A stretch of DNA of 64,000 bases from Amphiscolops sp. MND2022 (Eukaryota), in assembly GCA_964187785.1 (NCBI GenBank), contig OZ076421.1:7192001-7256000 (forward strand), read 5' to 3'. Within the stretch, counting starts at the first letter, position 1. The number at the start of each line of letters is the position of its first letter. Of this stretch, positions 1 to 12,519 are shown in pieces. Both the position numbers and the translations under genes were made by a program. The notes below the pieces were generated by a model. It was not told where the DNA came from. It did no database searches and worked only from the letters and a program-made list of their open reading frames with translations.

Positions 1-947
1 CATTCCATTTTTCTCTTTTTGTTGCCAAAATTTTAGGAATACACATCGTAGGGCCATATTAATACGTAGCTAGAAATTGTCAATTGGAAATGTTTTGATT
101 CTCGGCATGTGCTCATTCATGTCCATTTGATGTCCATCCGAAGAGCCTAAAACCAAAGAATCAAGCAAAACATCAACATATCTTCCATCTTCTCAAACAA
201 TTCCACGTAGGGGCTTCTTTTGAAGGGATTAGGGAGATCCTTGCAGTTTTTGAACGATGATCTCCCAACTCCTTTTTTCCAAACCGTTTTTCCTTTCTCT
301 TAGTGCAAAATATAGTACCTTATTTACTCCAAGTTTGCCTATCGGTAACATATCGCCTAGTTCTGCCGCAGAAATTGCCCACAAACTGAAGAACCAAAAT
401 TGTGTAGCAGAAGCCAAAGATTAATTGGGTTAAGGTAAGAAGAAAACAAAACCCGAAGTGGAATTGCGATAATTTTGTATATTCGACCAGTTGAGACGTC
501 TTTCGAAGAGAACAAGACACCTTCAGGCGCTAAAGAAATGAGAGAAAATGTAACAGAATCTGTTCATTTAAGCGCAAGTTTGCCTTGATGCACACAAGTT
601 ATTGCACATCAGAATTTAGAGTTCGGGGAAAGAGAATTCGGTATGAAAGTAATTACCTTGCTTTGTGCAAGATCATACGTAAATAATTAGAATAAAGCGC
701 ATTTTTTGCTTAAGGCTTTAACAGAAAACGATAACCTTTATGTTCAAATTGTAAAAAGCACAAAGTTTACCCTTTTTGAGTCAACACTCAAATTCGTCTT
801 AGTTATGTAAAGCGCTTTATATAGCTATTGAAGTATAAAAAAGTTAACATTTTGTTCAAGTTTAGGAGGTCAAAATAGAGCCTCACACTCCTTCTAGCAA
901 AACGAGAAACCATTAGGTTAAAAATCGAAAAAAGCCGGATATAACGT

Positions 948-1142
948 TGTGGCATGACATCACTTCATGCAGTAATGTACATGTATGCTATAAATAGTAG
1001 CTATGACATTTTAGTACCTGTCAAAGATGCTACTGCTAGAAACTATGCTGATCTATTCATTAAACTTTAAAATACGCATACCGATTGGAATAGATTCTTC
1101 AGAATTACCATTGTTTTTATCTTATATTCACAAGATACAACA
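948..1142 (+). repeat. 5' LTR of element 1 (195 bp)
   Basis: TGTGGCATGAC...GATACAACA; matches 6392-6586 with 9 substitutions counted by eye (about 95% identity); contains TATAAATA. Confidence 0.96.
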
Positions 1143-1153
1143 TGGCGCAGTCA
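1143..1153 (+). promoter_or_regulatory. Primer-binding site TGGCGCAGTCA, probably tRNA-Ser
   Basis: Directly follows the LTR end CA; complementary to a tRNA 3' end ...UGACUGCGCCA, similar to the tRNA-Ser PBS (TGGCGCAGTC) of insect Gypsy elements; same 11-mer at 37146. Confidence 0.75.
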
Positions 1154-1158
1154 GCAAG

Positions 1159-4100
1159 ATGGAAAATCAAAAAGCAACTGAGAGTACAGGCTCTTCAACT
1201 GGAGAAATCCAAGAAAGAGCAAACTCAAAAACCGAAAAGACACATCAGAAAATTACCCTACCAACATTCGAAAAACGCGGAATACAGGAGGCGAAGCTAT
1301 GGTGGAGACGATTCAAGCTGTATAATAAAATGACTCAAAACATCGATCTCAACACAATGACCACAGACCGTGAGATACTGGAAAATTACAGGGACGATCT
1401 GGAACACCGGATCAAAGACTTGTTTATTTGGGCATTGGGCGAATCAGCGATACCGGAAATGACAAGAACCGTTAGGGACAATGACCCAAATCGAATGGAC
1501 ATAAATCAACTGTACTCATTTTTCCGGTTACACTTAATACCGGAACAAAACAAATTCCGTAGTAGAGCCGACTTCTTTGGAATAACAAGAGAGAAACACG
1601 AATCAGCGGAAGACGTGTGGACGAGAATCCTTCAAGTGGAAAAGGATTGCGAGTTCGAGAATGTAACGCCAGCCGAACTAATAGCGTCAAAGTTTCTCTC
1701 TGTAATTGGACGATCAACAGGAGACTACGAACTAAAGAAGAAAATTAGAAAAAGTGACATGACGATAGAAACGATAACAGCATTGATACATGAACACATG
1801 TACGACCGACTAAATGACTCGAACAATTCGAACGACGGAAGAGAAATAAAATACGTACAAGAACGGCCACACAAACGAAAATGGACAGAAAGAACCGATG
1901 CAGACAAAATAAAGAAAAGACCAAAATATCAAAATCAAAAACCAAAAGATAATCGATGTGGACAATGCTGAGCACCAAATTGGTCAAGACAACATATCTG
2001 CCCAACAAAATCAGCAGAATGTAGAAAATTGCAAAAGAAGGGGCCACTACGAAAAGATGTGTAGATCGATGAGAAGAGTACAATACGTTGACAAAACAAC
2101 ATCTTCAGCAGAAGAAGATAATTGGGATTATGACAAAATCCAGAGAATAGAAAATACAAAACAAAAGAAAGGCTTTTACAATGCCACACTATTGGTCAAC
2201 AGCGTACCAATCAAATTCATTATTGATAGTGGATCGCCAGTAACACTTATTCCGGAATGCTTTTTGAGCAAAATTACACCAATTGAAACACTCAAGACCA
2301 CTTATAAAGATGTAAACATTCAAAAGATTGACTTTACAGGACAGACGAAAGCAAAAAAATGGTCAAAACAAACAAAGAAACAATGGAACTACCACTATTA
2401 ATTACAAAAGCACAAACCGCCCCGTTAATGGGACTGGACTGGATGCAACGGCTGAAAATCAACTTCAAACAACGACGCAATCCAAATCCACAACATAAAG
2501 TTGGACAACACAGAAAGAAAAATCATAAAACTCCAGAACGACTTCAAAGATTTGTTTTACAACAACAAAGAGATAAAGAATCTCTCAGTGAAAAAGTATT
2601 TGAAAACTGGAGTTCAGATAATACAACAAAAAGGACGACCAATCCCACTACATTTACAATACCAAGTGGCACAGGAGCTGAAACGCCTATTATAACATGG
2701 TTATGTAGAAAAGGCACCAGAAATTACTGAAAACTGCTTCGTAAGTCCTGCGGTAATAACCGTAAAAAAGGACAAATCGATAAAAATCGCACTTGATTTC
2801 AGAAAATTGAACGAAATTACTGTGAAGCGAAAAACACAAATGCCGAATATGGAAGAATTGATATCACGGATCTCAAGAAAGATATCCGAAGGAGAAGACG
2901 GAGAAGTATTAGCAACAAAGCTCGACTTCGATTATGCATACGGACAAATCAAATTAGACGACGATACAAAAAATTTGTGCATATTTACCGTCACAGGAGG
3001 TGATTTCACTGGGTACTACCGTTTCTTGAAAAGTTTCATTGGACCGGCGGACATTCCGACGATTTTCCAAGAACGGATAGACACGACGCTAGAACACAAA
3101 CACCCGGCTTGGTTAGACGATATAATTATTGTCACCAAAGGAAACCTGGAAAAACACGAAGCGCAAGTACGTGAAACAATGACGAAACTGGAAAAAGCAG
3201 GATATAGATTAAATCCAAACAAATGGGAATTCTTCAAAAAAGAAATCGAATTGGTTGGTCACAAAATTGACCAACAAGGGACACGACACCTGCAGGACAA
3301 ATTGGAGGCAATAAAAACGATCAATATTCCAAAAAACGAAAAAGAATTAAAATCATTTCTGGGGGCAATCCAATACTTGTCAAAGTATATTGAAAACCTA
3401 TCAACAAATACGGACATTCTACGAAAACTATTGAAAAAGCAAAACGAGTGGATCTGGACAGAAGAACATACAAGAGTTTTCAATAATTTGAAAGAATGCA
3501 TCACAAAAATCCCGTGCTTAGCTTACTACAACGCCCAGAGCGAAAACATAATTACAACAGACGCCAGTACAAAAGGACTGGGGGCCAGGCTTTGGCAAAA
3601 ACAAAAAACCGGCGAATTAAAGCCAATTGGATTTGCAAGCCAATTTCTATCCGATACAGAAAAGAAGTACGCAATAAACAAATTGGAATTGCTAGTCGTA
3701 GTATGGGGTCTAGAACACTTTGGACTAAATATCTACGGAAAACCAAATGAACTTTTAACAGATCACCAAGCGCTAGAACCATTGATCAAAAGAAACAGGT
3801 CAACTAAAACCTATAGCGCGAGACTAACAAGATGGTTAGATCGCTTGGCTCACTTCGACATTAACATTAAACACATCGCCGGAAAGCACTTAGCACTAGC
3901 GGATTATCTGAGCAGAAATCCAACATCAATGCCAGAACCCATTGAAAACTACGACAAAGAGTACGTAATTAATTGCATAACACCATCACTTGAGTTCATC
4001 AACAATTACGGCTCTATTACCGGTAAGATGAACAAAGAAGCGCGAACGGACGATATCGAGAAGTGTGAACAGAAATTCAACCAATCAGAATCAAGCAAGC

Positions 4101-6136
4101 CGAACGAACCGAAGTCAAAATTGAACAAACAAACAAGCGCAGTTCGTTGCTACCTCAACTCAATACAGTCGATCGCAATACCATTAACAACGTCAAACAC
4201 AATTACGAAACAATAATGGACATTCGCCGCATTGAACAAATTGAAGCAGAATACCCGTCCGAAGAAACATCACAGCTTGTGAACCGCTGGAAAAAATAAG
4301 TAAACCCGGAGAATATAGAACATCTAAAGGAAGCTGGAAAAAGTATAATCCTCCAAGACACCATAGAGCGGAAATAAAACTAATCGAGATGAGTTTAAAC
4401 CAAAGAAGGAATACAATGCTCTGCAACCGCATGGAAGAACAAGACAAAGAACCCGAAGATAACACCACTAAAAGAGAAGAACTCTACCGGGGGATAGAAA
4501 AAATCAGAAACATGCCGACAAATTAAGATGGAGGACAACCGGAAACAAGGGACAACACAACGAAAGTAGAACGCCAACCAGAAACAAACGAGACAGATTC
4601 AACGAGTTCCGCCGACTCATTCGATGTACCAGTCATTAACTTCAAAAGATACCTCGGTACGACCGGAGTTAGATACATCCAAATGGGACAGGCCAGTCAC
4701 ATCCAAGGCGAAAATAAATGGGACTTAGAGGAAACCATCAGACAAACTAACGATGAAAAGCTGTTAAAACATTGGTATGTTTGGAAAGAAGAACGCCGGA
4801 GCAATTACCGGATGATTACAAACCATACCACAAACAGCGGTCAACACGATTCGGCGTGGTATTTTACGATGACCGAATCATAATACCAAAGTCACTGAGA
4901 ACAACAATCATCATGCTCCTACACAAAGGACATGCGGCAATTAACAAAATGACGACGGCGGCAGAACCATTCTGGTGGCCACAAATGACACGAGAAGTAC
5001 AACAAAAATGTGACGAATGTATTCCGTGCAAAATGGCAGGTAAGAACATTAAACCACAAATACCAATGACTGAGATTAACTTTTTACCACCGGTAGAGAA
5101 AACGAATCAAGAAATCCAATTGGATTTCATTGGACCAATAAGATTTAAGCACCGGAGATTCTACATATTACTTTCTATAAACCGGTACAGCAGGTGGCCG
5201 GCTTATGCGAAGCCCCGACAGGAAAAACGAATTTGGAAGAAGGCTACAATATGAACGAAGAATTAAGCCGTTCACTAAACGTAATGAGAACAACGGTCCA
5301 TTCTAGCATAAAAGAAACACCGTTCGAACGCCATTATGGCAGAAAACCACGAACGGAAATTCATAACTAGTTAAATATGTCGCCAAACAAACATTATAAT
5401 GTTTCAGCGAGACCGGAGACACTACAAGTCTACACATTCACCAATGGGAACGGAGCTTACGACCAATTGGTTATGAAAGCCCCAAGAAAGCTAAAAGAAG
5501 ACGTGAGCAACAAATTCCCATACCTATTTCTCGAGAAAAAACAAAACAAAGGAAAATTTGAAAACGCATATGAAAATAAACCACAAACCGCGGTAGCCGG
5601 AACAAAACACACAAAAACAACCGATAAAAACAAAATACTTCATAGAAAACGAATAAGCAAACCATTGAACCCAATATTTCAGAACCCATTATCCCGACGG
5701 GGAGAAAACCCGACGGGAAAGGACGGAAGATTCCTACAACAACGACAACTGGAAGGAGACACAGAGGACCTAGACGTAACGGCAGAACACTCAGAGAGAT
5801 GTAGCACGCCAATTTTAGAGGAGAACATACTGGACAAAACACTGGAAACGGAAAACACAACAATCAGTCCAGTGTATGGCAGAGGCCGAAAAAAAACTGA
5901 TAAGAGACAGAAAACCAAATACAACTCCAACACCAGGATTGGAAATAAACGCAAGACCAACAACAGAAGACGACCCAAACGTGATTACAGTAGTGGACCA
6001 AAACGGTAATAATGATTTAATAAAAACTGAAAACATAGAAGAAATCGAAAACCAAAACGAACAAAGTATACGAAAGTCAACCAGACTAAGATCCACTAAT
6101 CCAATAAAAAGATATGGTAATCCAATCACGTTCTGA
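1159..6136 (+). pseudogene. gag-pol pseudogene of element 1
   Basis: ATG at 1159 after the PBS. Gag with double knuckle CGQC*APNWSRQHIC / CKRRGHYEKMC (TGA at 1969), protease FIIDSGS, RT WLDDII, RNase H TTDAS, integrase HHCC (LHKGH...CDECIPC) and QLDFIGP. Broken into ORF-track pieces 1027, 1958, 2359, 2501, 2807, 4772, 5377, 5876; integrase D/E core deleted near 5230. Confidence 0.92.
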
Positions 6137-6382
6137 CTATTACAGGTAACACCCTTAACAAATGGAGCGCACAGGATAACCAATAAAAGAGGAATGAGGG
6201 AACGACCGGAAGACATAAAGAAAGAAAATTCGGAAAGGAAAGAAGAAGAAGATTATACGGAACAAACCGTATACAAAACAGTCATAAACATTTGGACCAT
6301 TCGGTGCTATCATTACCGTTTGAATTTTGACTTTATTAGTGTATTGTCTATTTACGTTTATACATGTAATTATCTCCTATAC

Positions 6383-6391
6383 AGGGGGGAA
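6383..6391 (+). promoter_or_regulatory. Polypurine tract of element 1
   Basis: AGGGGGGAA immediately before the 3' LTR TG at 6392. Confidence 0.85.
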
Positions 6392-6586
6392 TGTGGCATG
6401 ACGTCACTTCATGCAGTAATGTACATGTATACTATAAATAGTAGCTATGACATTTTAGTACCTGTCAAAGATGCTACTGCTAGAAACTATGCTGATCTAT
6501 TCATTAACCTTCAAAATACGCATACCGATTGGAAAAGATTCTTCAGCATTACCATTGTTCTTATCTTATATTCTTAAGATACAACA
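6392..6586 (+). repeat. 3' LTR of element 1 (195 bp)
   Basis: Direct repeat of 948-1142, followed by TSD AACGT. Confidence 0.96.
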
Positions 6587-7399
6587 AACGTCATCAATTC
6601 AGTTACAGTAGAGTTTCCATCCTCATTTCAAAAAATAGACAAACGCAACAAAGACAACCGTTCAGACTGAAAAACACTTTTTACCGCCTATTTAATTAAA
6701 ACACTGTTCAATTAGGACTAACTTCAATTCTATTCGATCAATTCTGTTCAATCCAAACATTCGGATATCAAGTGAATTGGTCAAAACTTGAAATACAAGT
6801 AACGGCCTTAGTAGTTTCGATATAAACCCAATCAACAATATGATCACGACTGAGGCACTGTGGGATAAAAGTGAGAGTTCTCCTAAACCATGCAGGTATT
6901 TCTATGCAGTGATAACAGCTTTTGTTAAATGTAGCGTTTTCTTTCCAACAATCGAATACGTATCGTTGCAAATTTCTTCACATCAGCTCACTCGCCTGAG
7001 CGTTGGCTCACATTTTGAATCACAGTCTCAGCCGACTTTTTCCTAACTCCAACTTTTTCCCTAATTTCCCTAATTTCCCTAACTTTTTCCTAATTTCAAC
7101 TTTCCAGCAGGATATTGCGTTTGCAGCAGGGTTGAGCATTGGACTGTATGATGTCAGAAACCTTCTAAGTAGTAAACAGTTGATAAATTAGTTTTCGATA
7201 TTTGCATGGGATTTGCCGTGGTCAAAGTTACTTTTTGCATCAGCATTTGATACATCAACACGTGACCCTAGCCCTGGGACTATTTCACTGTATAAAATTT
7301 TGGGAATAAATATTTTGGGTATAAAACTTTGTACATCAAAAAAGTATACCCATTTGATTACCCTGAAGAACGTCTGGTTTCTATATTGCAAACAAATAC

Positions 7400-7900
7400 C
7401 TCTATGAAAAATCGTCTAGTATTGACTGCTTTCCAACTCATTAGCTATATAGCAAATTCAATGCGGGCCTCAATTGTTTGCTTTGGAATTACGGTAGGCT
7501 CATGTGTCTCGCGCTATAGTTATAGTTATAGGGTTATGTCTAAAATCATCCAATGCTTTTGATAAAGCTGATTCTCCATACTCGGGTTTCTGAGAAAATA
7601 TTTTTCTCGTTTCTGCTAGCATTTGTTTTAAAGACAACAATGTATTTTGATTCAATTGCTCAACGACATCTTCCAAAGACTCATAATAAATTTTCCTATT
7701 CCGAGCGCCGTTTTGCGGTGAATTGGTTGTTCTGTTTGCCTGGACATTGGTATAGGCAGTAGAACGGGTAATTTCAAGTGAATGGGCAAATCCATAAGAT
7801 TTTAACCTTCATTTGAGAATGCATGATTTGTCTTCTTCTCAATTTTTACTATAACTTGCGCGTGTCATAATGAAACAAAACTTCTTGTTTTTGAACGTGT
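7400..7900 (-). mobile_element. Possible very old non-LTR retrotransposon (LINE) endonuclease relic
   Basis: Minus-strand translation fragments AYTNV...KIYYESLEDVVEQLN and ANEL...NT.F loosely resemble APE-like LINE endonuclease motifs; heavily interrupted. Confidence 0.25.
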
Positions 7901-9158
7901 TGAAACAAACAATGTGATTGTTCAAATTGAACAGCGTTTCGTCACTCCATCCCTTCATCTGGGCGAAAAAAAACGTTTGGTTTTATTGGACTGAGTTTTG
8001 AATTAAATGTTGATTGTTTGAATTGAAAAGCAATTTTCATCGGTACACATTTGGTAACAGTGAGAGATAATCTTCCTTGATGTGAGAGCAGCATTTCAAA
8101 TTTTATTTTTGTTTCATCCATTGCACGATGTTCTCGATGTTTTTAGTTTTCTAATTCCTTGACAATAGTTGCAACTTTAAAATCTTCAGTGGATTCAATG
8201 AACAAAAATTTCTCGCAACTCAGGTTTCTCAGAAGAAACGCAGTCAGTCGGTGGAGCAGTTGATGTTCTATGGAGTTAATCAATGCTCATCTTTCATATT
8301 TTCTGTCGGTCATATTGTGAAAACCGAAGAAGAATTTTATTCTGGCGCTATTTTTCTGTCTCTTGGGCCTCTAATAAAATCAAACGTGGAGCCACCTTAA
8401 CACCCCCAACAGATAAAAAACAAGTAGGCAACACTGCTTCTCAGAGAAACTCCAGACGTTGTTGTAATTACTTTCAGGGATGGACAGAAAATTGGATTTT
8501 TGTTGGCCAATTCCGCATCTTTGTTATTTTTGTGCTTTCAGCCCCATAATTTTACTTTTACGCACTTTCATAGCGCAATATGACGCCCCTATAATTCTAC
8601 TGAGGGGAGAACATCTGTGTTTATTGTTGTTCTACCCTTTCAAGACTCCCCAAAGTCTGAAGACTTAACTCTATTTTGCCATCAAGCTGCGCACTTTTTG
8701 CGAGTTGATTGGAAATGATTGTTATTTTAAATTGGCATGATGTATGCATGCATTGAAAATTTTCGAAGATCAGCGAAAAATCAGAAATTATTTGATTTTT
8801 TTTTGTTCTTTTTTATTACTTTGTAGAAGTAAGTTTTAGATAGGGTAAAAGCAAAAGTCCTGAAAACTAGCTAAAAGTTTCATGTTTTCTGTAACTTTAG
8901 TTAATCAATTCTTCAAAATAACCCAGGTTTGCCTCCGTCTTTTGCTAATTCTTTCAAATTGATCTCAGATGATCTGCAAATCTCTCCGATTGTAGCCCGG
9001 GTTGAAAGCCCACATTACTAGCATCTCGTATGTCATGGATCCTTTAGCAAAATTCGTACTGAGACCCTACAAAGGTTTATCACTATTCCAAAATAGAATC
9101 TTACCAAGATGAAAAAAATGAAAGATTTCGAAACTTAATATTAGGAGTTCAAAAAGTA

Positions 9159-9821
9159 CAGTACTGCGATTAAGAAAACGGGGCGATTCTAGGTTCGATT
9201 TTCTCGAAATCTGTTCAGAGTTTTGAAAAACATCAGAATTAAAAACTTCTTAGAATTTCATCTAGTTTATATTAGTGTTTTTAAAATTTTTCTGGGACAA
9301 AAAGTGAGAACGTAAATAATAGCTAATTTTGGGCAAAATTGGGACTTTTTTCCGTTTTTCTAATTTTTGACCGTTTTATCCACAGTTTTTTTTCGCCAGT
9401 TTTATGCTCAATTAACTCCCACAGATTTACTGAATCTATGCAAATTTTTCGATTACAAAAATTATCAACCGTTTTCCAAATATCATGCTTGAAAAGTAAA
9501 ATTTCGTCGATAACATGTATTAAGATAGGAAATGAACTCTTCGCAGCGGAGAACAGCGATTATTTTTTCATTTAAAATAATTTTGAAACGAAAAATATAT
9601 CATTGAAATCGATATTATCTGCAGAATTCGACGAATTGAAAAGTTTCAGAAAAATTTTTTAACAACCTGCCTGAAATTGGGAAAATAGCAGAAGTGTTCT
9701 TTCTGCGCCTGTGATTTCACTTGATCGCCAATCAGAAATGAAAGTGAGGGCAAATAAACAATTCTAATTGGTTGAAACCGACACTCAGCGCATAGGGGAC
9801 GATTAACTAATCACTGTACTG
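9159..9821. mobile_element. Non-autonomous Tc1/mariner-like element (TA TSD)
   Basis: TA|CAGTACTGCGATTA ... TAATCACTGTACTG|TA (14-bp TIR, 2 mismatches); internal blocks (TTCTTAGAATTT.ATCTAGTTTA, ACATGTATTAAGATAGG) shared with 45821-46579. Confidence 0.5.
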
Positions 9822-10217
9822 TAGTTGTCGGTACTGCAACCGGGTGTATGGTTGTGTCAACTGCAATCAAGGATTATTCCGAACAAATTTTCAGAAAGCA
9901 GAGAAATAGAACATTGGCTCGTTACAAGTTGTTCTCCAGGAAACAACAGCCGAACGGAACTTTGAGACAATTATGGAACGCATTGACAGGCTTATCCAGC
10001 AAAATGTGACTTCAAAAAACAGTCAGAAAGTCTTATAACGGAAGCTCTAATTCAAAACATTACAAAGAACGATTGTGTATTGTGTACAGAACCGAAGGAA
10101 CAACCCCAAGATGCGCTCGCATCTGCGATAGATTTCGAGGAAGGCATTAGTCAACAGAAAAGTTTGGGGAGCTGTGAAACAAAAAACCAATCGGCACATG
10201 CAATCGACTAAATAATT

Positions 10218-10640
10218 AACAAGCCGGGAACGGCCCAAGTTGGCGCCATATCTAGGGCTCAAAAATAGCAAAAGGACTTCAAATTGTCAAAGTATTGGTG
10301 AATTTAGAACTTTTTATAAAACTTTTTTTTAAAAGTCTCAAACTGCCAAAAAAAATTGGAAGGGAGGACCCTTTGGGGTTTTTCAACATCAATTCTGTTG
10401 CAAAACTCCAAAAAAGTGAAGCGGTGACCCTTTGGTAGAAAAAAAATGAAAAAAGTTGCACAGTGTCGGACAAAGTTTAAAGGGGGACCCTTTGATCTCG
10501 TCCGGTATTGTATGTAACGCGAACGCGCAAACCATTTTGGTTCAGTTCCTGGGGCGAACACCATTTGACGTCTTCTAAAACTTTTGTGAAACATTTGGTA
10601 CAACTATTGTGGTCACTTCAGCTGGTCTTTAAAAAAACAC
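10218..10640 (-). repeat. Copy of the abundant interspersed repeat ending GGCGCC.ACTT.GGCCGTTC.CGGCTTGTT
   Basis: Reverse complement of the terminal motif at 10218-10262; GGACCC(T)n/GGGTCC internal motifs shared with the other copies. Inner boundary approximate. Confidence 0.75.
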
Positions 10641-12519
10641 TGACCAAAAGTCATGACTACAGTCAACTCTTTTCTTAAAATCCATGTACGCGATATGGGT
10701 TGTAAATTTTAGAAAACCATTTGCAGCATGTAAAGCCAAAACTTCAGAAGAACTGGCAGCTCCTCCAACATAGGCAGAATGAGATGAGCATCAGATAGTC
10801 AGACAAAAAACTGACCAATCAGAAGTAAGTTCTGAATGGGATGAAAATAACGTGGTGTTGAGATCATTACTGTCCGTCTGGCTCTTTTGGCTGAGGATTA
10901 ATTGTTTATCCAGCTGGAAAACTAGTGAGAGGGATGGAAAACATCTGTTATTTTTAATTAGAGTTGCAACGGCCAGTATATTGGTTGAACTGGTGAATGA
11001 AAAGGTAGACATTTTTCATAGTCGCTGATTTCCCCAATGAGAGCAATTGCTCGCACCGTGCTTGACTGGCTAGCACATGCATACACGAGGGGCAAAGGAA
11101 ACCAGCTCCGAGCTGGAAGTACTCCCCAAGTGGAGTAGGATGTCAGTCTGTACTCGTGCAGCGATATGACGGAGGGGAGGGATACACCGAAACCTGACCC
11201 AAAAATACGGAGATGCCTACACACAAGTGGAGCGACAAGTAAGCATTATTTGCGTAAATCTCGGGCTCCCGGCAAAGCCGTTAGTGAAGTGTGAGAGTCA
11301 CTGTTAAGTGTCAACTAAACTCTGTAATGGGCTGAGGTTGCTCAGTGAACGACACCCAACAACGAAATCTCCCCCAGTCCTGAAAACTAGTAGGGACTCA
11401 TCAAAAAACTATAACAATAGTCCTCAAATGAGAATCGGGGTACGCTCCCATCTCAACCTCTCCGGAATTGGCAAACGCTGTCAGAACTCACTCTCGAGTC
11501 GCGTTTCTTGACTCTCAAGGCGGTTGGGCATCGCCTCGTTAGTTATAACCTACCTTGGATGACAGACACCCATGCTGCTTCCTGGATCTGATCCATACCC
11601 TCTCTGCTCGGATAAGAGTTCATTGTTAACTCGATGGCCCTGGACATGCGTAGCGGACATTGTGGTATCAGTGAAGGTCAGTTTTAGATAAAACGGTCTA
11701 GAGAAGCTGGGTTCCTCACGCGACTTTAAATTGAACTGAGGTATAGGGGTGTTGTGTATCGTTTCTCCAAAGCGATCTCGATCTCCGAGAAATGTCGTTA
11801 TCCTCACCAGGACCCTGATGTAGTAGCTCATTGGCATAAAAAACAAACTGGATAGCGAATACCTGAGGTAGAAATAGGACAGCAGTGGAACCCTTTAAAA
11901 CGAAGCAACTGGACTCTGCCGAAAGGTCCGCTTTGCACTTAACCCAACCGAGTAGTTCTCTCAGGGACAGTTACATGGTACTACTGAAAGCGCTAAAATC
12001 TCATTGAAAAGATAGATAATGGGGGCGTTAGTAGATAGGCGCATTCTTCAAGAACTGAGTTTGCAAAAGGCAGCTAAGTTGTTTGGTTGCTACCATTAGG
12101 AATAGCGAGTGTGCGCTATTCAAATCACGTAAATGAGCCTAATATGGAAGAGTTCTAGTGCTTGAGAATAAACGGAGCAACACACTAGCTCAAAAATTCG
12201 TTGACGCAAAGAGCACAAAGCTTTTTTTGTCACTAGAACTCCGTAGAGCTGGAGCTCAGCCGTGCCAGAATGAGTTCGCTGGTAGTAGCTAGATACCTGT
12301 CAATGATGAACGAGTTGGACTCAGCACTTGTGCTCGAGGGTTGAAAACTAAGTAATTCCCATGGCTATACTAGCTGTTAACAGAGCACTGCGACACTGTG
12401 CATCTGCGAGCTAAATCGCTACAGGCACAATTCCGTGCGAGTAGGCCCCCGATTCAGCCGACGGAACATGTGCACTATCATTCGTAATGAGAAGACAGAT
12501 AAACAAACAACCATTCTCA

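Larger units (their letters stand above)
948..6586 (+). mobile_element. Full-length but decayed Ty3/Gypsy LTR retrotransposon, Mag-like (element 1)
   Basis: Direct repeats TG...CA at 948-1142 and 6392-6586, 5-bp TSD AACGT (943-947 and 6587-6591), PBS after the 5' LTR, PPT before the 3' LTR, domain order gag-PR-RT-RH-IN with several stops and frameshifts. Confidence 0.96.

Noticed and set aside
1027-1158. N-terminal 44 codons of ORF 1027-1971 and ORF 6194-6577
   Set aside because: They run through LTR sequence; the plausible gag start is the ATG at 1159 after the PBS, and the 3' ORF is a chance reading of PPT plus LTR.
7040-7095. CCCTAA-containing repeats as an interstitial telomere
   Set aside because: Only three CCCTAA units, spaced by TTT with a 9-bp period, within a degenerate low-complexity tract; not a (TTAGGG)n array.
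11550-11846. Minus-strand 98-aa ORF next to the degenerate Gypsy region as another antisense cargo gene
   Set aside because: No recognisable motif, no splice support and no defined element boundaries.
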